Shown: positions 37,301 to 47,323 of the stretch, one piece after another
How positions within the stretch are numbered: position 1 is the first letter of the stretch
How the letters are laid out: the number at the start of each line of letters is the position of its first letter
Origin: Guillardia theta CCMP2712
Lineage: Eukaryota > Protista > Cryptophyta
DNA length: 47,323 nucleotides
Direction of reading: 5' to 3'
NCBI RefSeq assembly: GCF_000315625.1
Contig: NW_005434453.1
Span: forward strand, 23,414 to 70,736
Program-made: the position numbers and the translations under genes
Notes under the pieces: generated by a model
Told to the model about the DNA's origin: nothing
The model's input: only the letters and a program-made list of their open reading frames with translations
Databases searched by the model: none

Positions 37301-40300
37301 TACAAGGCCCGCCTCACGATGAAGTACTGGTTCGTCTTGGCGTAGATCTGCTGCCCCCCGAAGTCCATCACGTCACACGTCAGCCCGTCAGCGTCCTCAG
37401 GCTCCCACTCGTGCAGGTCTATCCCGATCGTCCTCCTGTCTACCTCGATCTTGTCCGCCTTGTCCTTGTCTGACCTCAGAGCTCTCAGCACGCTCGTCTT
37501 GCCTGCCTCTCCGTTGCCTATGAGGATCAGGTTGATCCGCTTGTTCGCCTCGCTGTCTCTCTTGACGCTCTGCAGGTACGTGAAAGCAGCTGCCCCTCCC
37601 TGACTGGCGATCTCAGGGGGAGGCAGCTGCAGCCTGACGCAGCTCTCACACTTGACCTCCTGCAGGCTAGACTCCATGCTGCACAGCTCGTCCAAGGGAA
37701 AGTGGGAGAGGCTGGGGTTACCGGACACGTCGATGACTTTGAAAGCAACGCCGAGCTTGGAGATCCATCGAGGCAGGCTCTTCATCCTCAGATCTCGTAT
37801 CACATATCGTTTCATCCCATCTGTCCGCAAAGACATGTTGAGCGTGCCCGTCTTGCTGTCGTAGCAGCTCCCGAGCTCTCCGCCCGACAGGAGCTGCTTC
37901 ACCTCTTCGACAGCAGAGCTATCCATCTCTTGCATCCCGAAGATGTAGTGGCACTTGACTAGGTCCAGTCTCTCGGCAAACGGCTTCATCACGTTGTTAG
38001 CGTATTTGCGGAACTTCTCGATCTTGGCGATGGCGTCCTGCCTACTGGGTCTTGACGATACAAGATCTTGCTCAAGGTTGTGCACGCAGGAACGTCGATC
38101 CTTGCAGTGCTGGCACATGATTATTTGCCTTTCATCTTCAGGTTTGCCGTCGAAGTAGCAAACGCAGCACTAGAAAAAAGATCAGCCGCAACCCAGACCA
38201 TGCCAGCAAAGACCCGAATGGCAAAATACATGTCAGCCAATCATTCTCTGAGCACATCATATGATATGACACTTACTCCCTATGAAGAACGAAACAAGGA
38301 AAAACCAGGAATTTTGAAAAACAAATTCAGTCCAATCATCCCCTGACCGCATGTTTTATGACTCGTAGCTTACCAGCTGTCAAGCCCAATCAACATCCCA
38401 TCCGATGAATATACCGAAAAATACACGGAAATCGTCAGCCAGCCAATCGTTCGGAATGACCGCATCTTTTATGATTTGTCACTTACCCACTAGCCAGTCC
38501 AATGAACATCCCATCCGATACAAAAACCGTAACATACACGAAAATCGTCAGCCAGCCAATTTTCCCCTTATCCAATCTTTCATCATTGTTACTTACATCC
38601 TATCCAGCCCAATCAACATCCCATCCGACGAATAATCGAGAAAAACACAAAATTATGTCAGCCAATCGCCCCATGAATATGACCGCAAATTTCATATTCT
38701 TCACTTACTTGCTATGCAGCCCCATTCCGTCCATCCGAGCAATAACCGGTAAGATTTGCAAAATACTTGTCAGCTCAATCATTCCCGACCACATCATTCA
38801 TTTGTTACTCACTCCCTATCCAGCCCATTAAAAAACAAACAAGCCATCCGACGACAGAACCGAAAAATGAACAAAAACAGTGAGCCAATCGTCCCCTTAG
38901 CGAATGATCGGCTTTACCGGGCAAATCGCTTTGTCGATGTGATCATCTTTGTTACAGCCACACCATTCGCAGTTGTCATTGTCGTCCGGATCGAAGGTCT
39001 ATATGATTTGTCAGTCCGATCTTCCCCTGATCACATGTTTCATCAATTGTAACTTACCAGCTGTCCAGCCCAATCAACATCCCATCCGATGCAAAAACCG
39101 AAAATACACGAAAATTGTAAGCTAATCGTTCCATGACCGCATCTTTCATGATAGTTACTTACATACTATCCGGCCCAATCAACAGTCGGTGAATAACCGA
39201 GAAAAACAACAACACAAAATTTTGTCAGGCAATCGTCCCATGCATATTTTATCATCCTCACTTACCCCCTATCAAGCCCCATTCACAATCCAGCCGATAC
39301 AAAGACCAAAAAACGCAAATCCACATGTGAGCCAATCTTTCCCGATATTTGAAGATGGTTACTTACATCCTGTGCAAGCCCCAATCGTAGCAAATCCGAT
39401 GAGAACCCGATAAAATCACAAGGTACACGTCAAATCCCTATCGTCCCCTGACCGCATCTTTCATTATTGTTACTTACATTCTATTCAGCCACATTCATGA
39501 CCCATCCGATGAGACACCACAAAAGTGCAAAGAACACGTCAGCCATATCGTCCCCTGACCGCATTTCATCATCGTTACTTACCCGCTATACCGCCCCATC
39601 CACAGCACATTCGAGCAAATACCGACACATACACAAAATAAATGTCAGTCCAATCATCCCCTTCCTGACCGCACCTTTCATCATCGTTACTTACCCGCTA
39701 TACCGCCCCATCCACAGTACATTCGAGCAAATACCGACACATACACAAAATGATTGTCAGTCCAATCATCCCCTTACCGCATGTTTTATGACTCGTAGCT
39801 TACCAGCTATCAAGCCCAATCAACATCCCATCCGATGAAAATACCGAAAAATGAACGAAAATCGTCAGCAAGCCAATACCGCATCTTTTACGATTTGTGA
39901 CTTACCCGCTATTCAGCCTCATTCACAACCCAGCCGATGAACACCCACAAGATTTGCAAAGCTACATGTCAGTTCAATCATTATCTGAGCGAACGGATGC
40001 TTACGTAGCAGAACTTTCTATCTGTGAGGTGCTCTTGTTCAAGCTTCGAACAGGTCGCACACCGTCCTTGGGCTCCAGCTTTGAAGGTAGCCTGTTGTAG
40101 AATATTAACCCAATTGTTCCCTGACCGCATCTTTCATCATTGTTACTTACATCCTATCCAGCCCAATCAATAACCCATCGGATGATAAACCGAAAAATGC
40201 ACGAAAATCGTAAGCCAGTCAGTCGTCCCCTGACCGCATCCTTCATGATCGTGACTTACCAGCTGTCAAGCCCAATCAATGACCCATCCGATGAAAAACC

Positions 40301-40756
40301 GAGAAAAATACACCAATATTGTCAGCCAGCAAATCGATCCCTGACCGCATCATATGGTATGACACTTACTGCCTATGAAGACAGATTCCATCAAAACAAG
40401 CCAAGAAAGAGTAGCAATTGCAAAGCAAATGTCAGCCAACCATCCCCTGACCGCATCTTTCATGATTGGTCACTTACATCCTATCCAGTCCAGTCAACAA
40501 CCCATTCGATGAGAAAACCGAAAAATATACGAAAAATGTCGGTCAATCGTTCCTTGATGTCAGCATCGTTGCAAATGTTACTCACTCCCTATCCAGACCA
40601 TTGTTTCCAATCCCAGCAACAAAACGATGGAAGTTGAGAAAAGAAAGCACGTCAGCCAGCGAATTGTCCCGATGATAAACCCAAAAAATTACAAAGAGCA
40701 TGTCAGTCTAATCGTTCACTGAACGAGCATATGCTGCACAGACTGATGCTTACCGC
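34303..40756 (-). CDS. Gene C: zinc-finger/microexon N-terminus + LRR + Roc GTPase + COR + CxxC region + TIR (Roco-TIR)
   Basis: Main exon 34303..38169 starts CCVCYFDG.... It has a few LRRs (IDVSGNPSLSHFP), GNGEAGKTS, RRTIGID, DFGGQ, ATHID, COR (FLHDMGVL, IDPVW) and TIR (VFLSYQW, CWFD, FVVFMSDKYVKSGNCRREF, IIPV). Microexons splice in frame. Start uncertain. Confidence 0.9.
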
Positions 40757-40863
40757 CTTCCGAATAACATCATCGCAATTCATGGCAGAGCGTAAAACAC
40801 ACAAAGTCAGATGACGCCTACTAGAAGCTACTCAAATTACGCATCTCGTGCTGTCGTCGGTAC
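38170..40863 (-). other. Microexon/intron array 3 (21 single-codon exons, two zinc-finger exons)
   Basis: Same unit as arrays 1 and 2. ZnF exons at 40005-40091 and 38918-38998. Confidence 0.8.
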
Positions 40864-41197
40864 CTTTATTGACCACGATCTGGAGAAACACAAGTAAGGA
40901 GGTCAAGAAAAGTGTTGGGAGGAAGCGAAGGAGCCGCCAAGAAAGGAGTTGAATGATGGAAGGAACAGATGCGGGGGAGCAAAGCAAACATCTCCATCAT
41001 CAAGCATGTAACTGAAGGTAACAGCATCTCATCCCAGCTGCTCCTTGCCTTGCAATGAAGGCAGTACTTCAGCATCGCTGTCGGCTTCAGAGGACTTATC
41101 GGGCAGTTATCGGGCAGTTATCGGGCAGTTATCGGCAGTTATCGGGTTGATCACTGGGCGGACCACCAGCTATCGCGGTTACGTACAGCGATACGTA

Positions 41198-41881
41198 ATG
41201 GCGGTCATAGCGGAGCTCGAGGTCAGGGAGCTGAAGTTGGAGATGAGGAGGTTGGAGAGCAGCATGGTGGAGGAGGCAGCCCAGCTAGCAGCTGCTGCCT
41301 TCCTCTCCTCCCCCTTCTACCGATGGATCTTCTCGGAGAAGCAGAGTGAGCAGATTGCGTTCTGCTTACAATGGCTGTTCGAAAGAAACTTCGTGGCGTA
41401 TGTGGAGCAAGGAGCGGGGGTATGCACCTTCTGTGGGGGAGAAATGGTGTCTTTCTTTGTGCTGCTGGAGGGAGATTCCTCCTCTCTCTCACTGTGGGAC
41501 ATGATCAGGCTGGGATTGTACTCCATGCCGTTCAATGTGGGTTTTGGGCCAACGATGAAAATGTTGCGGGTGAAAGGATGGGTAGAGGACAGGTTGGAGA
41601 AGACGATGCAAGATCATGGTATCAAGAAGGAAACCTGGTCGCTGCAGAGAGTGGTGGTCAAGCCCGGATGGCAAGGGAAGGGGTTAGGGTCCGCCTGTTT
41701 GTCGCACATGCTCAATACGGCAGGACCGAGCGAGCACGGGGTGATCTTGACAACGCAGGAGGAGCCCAACGTTCGTTTCTATGAGCGGCTGGGGTTTGAG
41801 ACGATTGATGATGCTGTTTTCGAGTACGAGGGGGAGCGGATGCCATCGTGGACCATGTGGAAGCGACCGCAAGCGTTGTAG
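41198..41881 (+). CDS. GNAT-family N-acetyltransferase
   Basis: VVVKPGWQGKGLGS (acetyl-CoA motif A) and NVRFYERLGF (motif B). Intronless; the start could instead be 41243 or 41264. Confidence 0.85.
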   Translation: MAVIAELEVRELKLEMRRLESSMVEEAAQLAAAAFLSSPFYRWIFSEKQSEQIAFCLQWLFERNFVAYVEQGAGVCTFCGGEMVSFFVLLEGDSSSLSLWDMIRLGLYSMPFNVGFGPTMKMLRVKGWVEDRLEKTMQDHGIKKETWSLQRVVVKPGWQGKGLGSACLSHMLNTAGPSEHGVILTTQEEPNVRFYERLGFETIDDAVFEYEGERMPSWTMWKRPQAL

Positions 41882-42183
41882 GGGGATGAGGAGGAGCGGG
41901 CTAGGGTCGGCATGTTGATTTGAGTTTTACGAGATGAAGAGAAGTAAACTTGTCAGCGTCAAGTATGGAGAGTTGCAAAGAGTTGGGCGTGTTGAAGAGG
42001 AGGTGGACGCTGAGATGAAGCGAGGGAGACGAGATCTAGGCAAGAGGAGGACGAGGAGGCAGGAGGAAAGGAAGGCGGAGAGCGAGGAGGAGAGGAGAGA
42101 AGAGAAGGAGAGTGGAAGAAATCGAGTATGAGAGGACACAGGAGGATAACGACAAAGGTGCGGGGAGAGCGAGTTTCGTTGTT

Positions 42184-43662
42184 CTACGCAACATGAACCT
42201 GAATGCCATTAGGCATCGTAGTGACGTTGGAGGGGGGCTGGTCGACGGCTGGAGCTGGGGTGGGAGCTGGGAGGGGAGCTGGGGTCTGCTGAAAGTTCCC
42301 AGGGGTCTGCACGAAGGCAGCTGCCTTTCCTCCGTACTGCTCCGGGAGGGGAGCTGGGAAACTCCTCTGCTGGGCAGAGATCCGGTTCATAATCGATGCC
42401 GTGACCAGCAGAACAGCCAGGAAGGTGATGGCAGTGAAAACCTAAGGGAGGGAAGTCAAGAAGGCGGAAGGAGGGAGAAGGAAAGCAGGAGAGCATGGAG
42501 GGGGAGGGTTAGGGAGGATGGAGGCCGAAAGTGGACCGTAGAGGGGAGGATGGAGGAAGAGAAAAGGGAGAGAGGAAGAACAGAGTGCAGGAGGAGGGAG
42601 GGGAGGAGGAGCAAGAGAAGAGGAGGGGTAAAGGGAAGAGGGAACAAGAGTAGGGAAGGAGAAAGGAAGAACCAGTTCAAGGAGATTGTTGCAGCAGGGG
42701 AGCGAAGGAGGGGAGCAGGTGTAAGAGTAGAGGAGGGACAGGGATCAGCAAGAGGAGAGTTGAAGTAGAGAAGGAGTGAGTTGTAGGTACCGCAATGGCG
42801 ATGAGAGCACGGGAGCCAACGTCGACCGCGGGCTGCTTGATCTCCTTGGACGTCCAGGACACCCACTCGTTGCTGATGCAGGTCTGTCTATGTCCCTTGT
42901 TGTCGGTGGCGGTACATCGCTCCTGCCCGTCCCTGAAGTACAGGCGTCAGATGAGGAGGAGGGATCAGGACGAGCTGGAGGAGGACGACCAGGGAGGGGA
43001 GACAGAGGAAGAGCAAGAGGAGGAAAACAGAGTAGGAGGAGAACGAGAAGAGAAACAGGATGAGGTAGAGGAGGGAGGAGGATCAGGACGAAAGAGAGAA
43101 AAGCAGTAGCAGCAACAAGAAAGAAAGGAAAAGGAGAAGCGGGGGAGCAGGAGGCACGAGCGAAGAGGAGTAGACTTCGTGAGGAATGAGCGAGCGGGTT
43201 CAGTACAAGCAAATCTTGCAGTCGGGGGGACAGAGCAAGAGCAAGTGGAGGAAAACAGAGCAGGAGGAGAGCGAGAAGAGAAACAGGAAGAGGTAGAGGA
43301 GGGAGGAGGATCAGGAGGCTCATTAAGGAGCAGGAGGAGCAAAAGAAAAAGATGGAGCAGGAGACATATTTCGGAAGGGGAGGAGGAGATCCGTACAAGC
43401 AAATCTTGCAGTCGGTCTGGGTGCAGTGGCCGGTGTAGTCGATAGGAGGGGAGACGAAGTGGAAGGAGAACGACTCTTCCTCGTGCCTGAACTCCCCAGT
43501 AGTTGAACAACTTCCATCAGCCTGCGGGTAAATCCAACCACAGTTATCATCATGCCTCCTATGCGTCCTCTTCAAAGCATGTCCTCTGCGTCTGTCTCCT
43601 TCCTCAGTCAACTTCTACTCCTCCTTCTGTCTTTTCCCCAGCTAACGTCTCCTCTTCCATCG

Positions 43663-43738
<76 letters not shown>

Positions 43739-45584
43739 TCCCTTGTCGGCATACCTGCACTTCCAACTTGATATCTCCACATAGTTGTGAGGTCGTGCAG
43801 CCGTAACGGGCCGCTGTGACAAGGCAGTCAACACACGCCGGCCTGCACAGCCAGCTCAGTATCAGCTGGACTTCAGCTCAGGACGTACTGGCAGTAGGCT
43901 GATGTGCTTAGACCCCACGACGGAGGCTGGTACGCCTCGTACTGCTGGGCATTGACCGACGGTGCATCGCATTGGTAGCCATCGGTGATAGCAGGAGGAG
44001 GAGGAGGAGGAGGAGACGGTGGAGGAGGAGTAGGTGCGGCAGTGCAGAGCTTGCACTGTCCTTGCGCAGTGTCGCTGGAACAACCTTGCAAGCAAGTCAA
44101 AATCCAGCAAAACATATGCCTGCCTTTTCCCTCCTCGTCCTCGTCCTCGTCCTCTTCCTCCTTCACCCTCCCACACTGCTCCACTTTCCCCTCCGACCTC
44201 ATTCCCAACCCTGCACCCTACCTCCGGAGTTTGCGACACATTCTTTGCAGCTGGCAAGGCATCTGCAGTAGGTCTTCTCATCGCTCCTCTGCGGCCCCCC
44301 GGGAGCCTTCGAGCAGGAGAGTCAAAGGCGCAGGGAACGTTTCCTAGCTCACCGTGCAAGTATCCTTGCTGAAAGTTACTCCGAAAATCTGTGTAGGGGG
44401 CTGGCAAGCTCCCTCGCAGCTCCTGTAGTCGACTGAACACTGCCTTGTAGCTTCATTGAAGCCATCATTCGCCTGTACGAGGCCAGGTCAACACATACTG
44501 CACATCTTCTCTTCCTTTTCCTCCGCCTCCTCCTCCTCACCTCGCAGCAGAAACGATCAGTCTGATTCATGCAGAGACCGTCACGGTACAGGCACGATGG
44601 GCACACAGAGGTATTTCTCACGATCACATACTGCAAGAAACCTTCAGATCAAGCCGGGAAAGAGCTCTTGGAGCAGAGCTGAGAACTCAGGTGGAGATGA
44701 TGCTGGGGACATTCAATCATGCACAGGTAGCATCACCGGCACGCAGGTAGCTGGGGTGTTGTACAGATTGCGGGTGGACACGGCGCTAGAGTGCTGCTGA
44801 ACTTTGTTGACAAGGAGCATGGGGTACGCGTTGACTGAGCTGAGATCCACAACTTTGAGGAACGCTGGAGCCCAAGAGTTTACTCGGCCACAGTACCTGT
44901 CTGAGGATTCGAGAAGGGTCAGGTCGCCATGGCATGCGGAAGCTACATCCTCATCCTACCTTCTGCCTCCTTGGGCCATCCCAACGGAGTCCCTCGGTTC
45001 TCCTGGTAAGTGACGTTGTTGGGGTCGTCCGTATTGGCAACTTGAACTGAAGTGAAGACATGCTCTTGGTAAGCGCTCTTGTCAAGGGAGGTGTCGCAGT
45101 TGGACTTGGGAAGGTCGTAGCTCTTGCACTTGGAGCGGAGGGGGAGGCCCTCGAACTGCTTCGCATACACCATCATCCTGAGCTTCCTTCCGGGGGTGAG
45201 GCCAGTGCCGGTGTTGTTGGACGTCAGGTTGTAGGGGATAACAACAGGGTTCTTGTTGTCGATGCCGCAGTACTCGTTGACGCCGCAGTCGCAGTCGGAG
45301 ATGCACTGCACGCAGAGACCGAACTTGCGCGGCCTTGTCTCATCCGCTGGCTTGCTCCATCCTCGTGACTGAGTGTTGAACTTGTACGTGTTGTCAGTGA
45401 AGAAGTACTGGCAGTAGGGAGCTTCTTCTGAGCGGCATTCCTCGGCCGAGTAGCAGAGCTGGCCGTAGTCAGCAGCGAGAGCGTTGTGGGAGAGGAGGAG
45501 GAGGAGGAGGAGGACGGAGAGAGGAGGGAGGGGGGGGGGGGAGAGGAAGCGAAGGGCAGGAAGGGAAAACCGGGGACCCGCCAT
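42184..45584 (-). CDS. Cys-rich secreted/type I membrane protein, multi-exon, function unknown
   Basis: Signal peptide (VLLLLLLLSHNALA) and CVQCISDCDCGVNEYCG, with further Cys-rich exon-like segments at ~44540, 43870 and 43400. Hydrophobic segment near 42800/42420 and a Pro/Gln-rich tail ending at 42184. Exon boundaries only partly resolved. Confidence 0.6.
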
Positions 45585-46189
45585 GGAGCTCCCCAGTCAG
45601 TGACTTGCAGGAGGCTGTGCTATGACTATGGGTACTTACGACCATGAAATTGGTGGTAAGGGTACTTCCATTCTGGCTTTCAAAAGTCGACAATGGGGAG
45701 GGTAGGGGTACCACTCTTGTCCGAGGGTGGGGGTACCGTAGTACAGAAATTCACAGAGGGTCCCGGATGATTTCAGTCAAACAGACCGGTATCATTCCAA
45801 GAGGATCCAAAATTTGGTGGGTGGGGGTGAGTAGGGGTGAGGAATCACTCCATACAGCGGGGGGTTGCGATTTTTAACGGTCACTTTCCTGCAAGGAGGG
45901 GTAAGGATTCAGGAGAGACGGGGTAGGGTCACCATTGGCACAAAAAGAGGTAAAATGGAGGGGTACCAAAATGGTAATTGCAGGGGTACACTGATCAGGG
46001 AGGGTGGAAAGAGGGTGGGTGGTGCTGAGTACAATTTAAAAAGCAGGTCAGGCGTGTGGGCCATTTTTGGTTATGGGCCTCTGAATGTGTACCGCACATG
46101 TTGGGAGACCATTTGGATTCCTAGGAGACCGCGCATGTTGGACGACCTGAAACTCTGTCCATGTCCGAGCTCTGTCCGAGCTGGGATCC

Positions 46190-46334
46190 TGCGCTTTCCC
46201 CTCCTCCTCCTCTTCCTCCTTCTCCTTCTCCACCACCACCACCTCCTCCTCCACCTCCTCCTCCTCCACCACCATCAACCACCAACCACCACCTGATCTG
46301 CTCCTGCTCCTGCTCCCCTTCCCCTCCCCCTCCT

Positions 46335-46365
<31 letters not shown>

Positions 46366-47323
46366 ACCACCACCACCTCCTCTCCTCCTCCTGTTCCCTA
46401 CTTCTCCTTCAACTCCTCTTCCCCTCCCTACTCTCTCATCCCTCCTCCTCCTCACTCTCCTCCCCCCATCCCTACTCCTTCACCTCCTCCCATCCTTACT
46501 CTTCCTCAACCTCACTCTCACCCTCCTCCCATCCTCACTTCTCCTCGCCCTCTGTTCCTCCTGGCCCATTTGCTTCAGTAGTCTTCATCATAAGCATGAG
46601 CATCGCCAACTTCATCGCCACCTTCCCTTCTCTCGCCCCTCCCAAGCTGAGCCCTGTCTTGCTGATTTGTCCACATGTCTTCTCAAATGCATCATTGAAA
46701 TTTTTCTTTCAGAAGAAAGGGAGGAGCTCTGAAGCGAGGAGGAGGAGGAGAGGGAGGAGGATGAGGAGGAGGTGACCGCAAGGAAAGGCCTGCATTCCAT
46801 CGGAAAGAATGAGGCGAGGAGATAAAGGAGGAGGAGAAGGAAGATCAGAGCGAATAGTGGGTGGCAAGGGAAACGGAGGCCAGAATGGCAGCAGGAGTGG
46901 CAGCAATGAACGAGGCGCAGTTGGGCGAGCAGTAGCAGGAGCAGGAGCAGGAGGAGCAGGAGGAGCAGGAGGAGCAGGAGCAGGATGTAGTGGAGATGGA
47001 ACAGGCGAAGAATTCAGCTGTGCTCAAGGGGTGCAAGCAACTGTTGCAATAGGAGGAAGAGCAGCACAGGCAGGAGCAGCAGCAGCAAGATCAGAAGCAG
47101 CAGAAGCAGGAGGAGGAGCAGGATCAGCAGCAGCGGCAGCAGCAGAAGCAGGAGGAGGAGGAGCAGAAAGTTCAGATGGGCTCGCCATGGAGCAAGGAAA
47201 TGCGATTCTTGAATGGGCTGGTACTGGAGAGTCAACACTTCCGATGGAGATAGAGCTGGATGCTCAGAGGTGATTGAAATGATGATGATGAAGAGACGAT
47301 GATGATGATGGAGATGAAGATGG
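46190..47323. repeat. Low-complexity CT/GA and GCAGGA tracts, probably introns of an unresolved gene
   Basis: (CCT)n, (CTCCTG)n and (GGAGCA)n runs interleaved with short ordinary-complexity segments. Confidence 0.5.

Noticed and set aside
38170-40863. CRISPR array or plain satellite interpretation of the ~105-bp repeats (also 29677-31630)
   Set aside because: The units are degenerate with no constant repeat/unique spacer structure, there are no cas genes, and the context is eukaryotic. The invariant positions are splice signals around a triplet.
41097-41146. TTATCGGGCAG x4 upstream of the GNAT gene as a regulatory site
   Set aside because: A short tandem repeat with no evidence of function.
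46809-47273. Gly/Ala-rich ORF and other poly-amino-acid ORFs at 42000-47300
   Set aside because: They arise from microsatellite-like, probably intronic tracts.

Overview
Eukaryotic nuclear DNA: short GT-AG introns with CTGAC branch sites and GA-rich low-complexity tracts. The style resembles a cryptophyte such as Guillardia, but that is inference. The left part holds four copies of a small CENP-B/psq-like HTH gene, LTR/copia remnants, a degraded Ulp1-like frame, a large minus-strand locus in which an Asteroid/FAM120-type PIN domain can be spliced in frame to a Spindle-E/TDRD9-like DEAH helicase with 576-bp C-terminal repeats, and a Crypton-like tyrosine-recombinase relic. The main result concerns three minus-strand genes: a coiled-coil+PB1 adaptor, a kinase+PARP and an LRR-Roc-COR-TIR protein. 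Each is preceded by an array of ~100-120-bp repeats that looks like satellite DNA. Read on the minus strand, nearly every unit is an intron (GTRAG...CTGAC...AG) followed by a 3-nt exon, i.e. a single codon. I count 38 single-codon exons, 2 two-codon exons and 4 CxxC-x6-H-x5/6-C zinc-finger exons. All are phase 0, none is a stop, and they splice in frame into the three downstream coding regions to build related Cys/His-rich N-termini. Near-identical intron+codon cassettes recur between the genes. This suggests a codon-by-codon shuffled or alternatively spliced N-terminal module on immune-type effectors; the splicing is predicted from sequence only. The right end holds a GNAT acetyltransferase and a Cys-rich membrane protein. 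A 26-bp minisatellite with a stop-separated chromodomain lies between the kinase-PARP and Roco genes.
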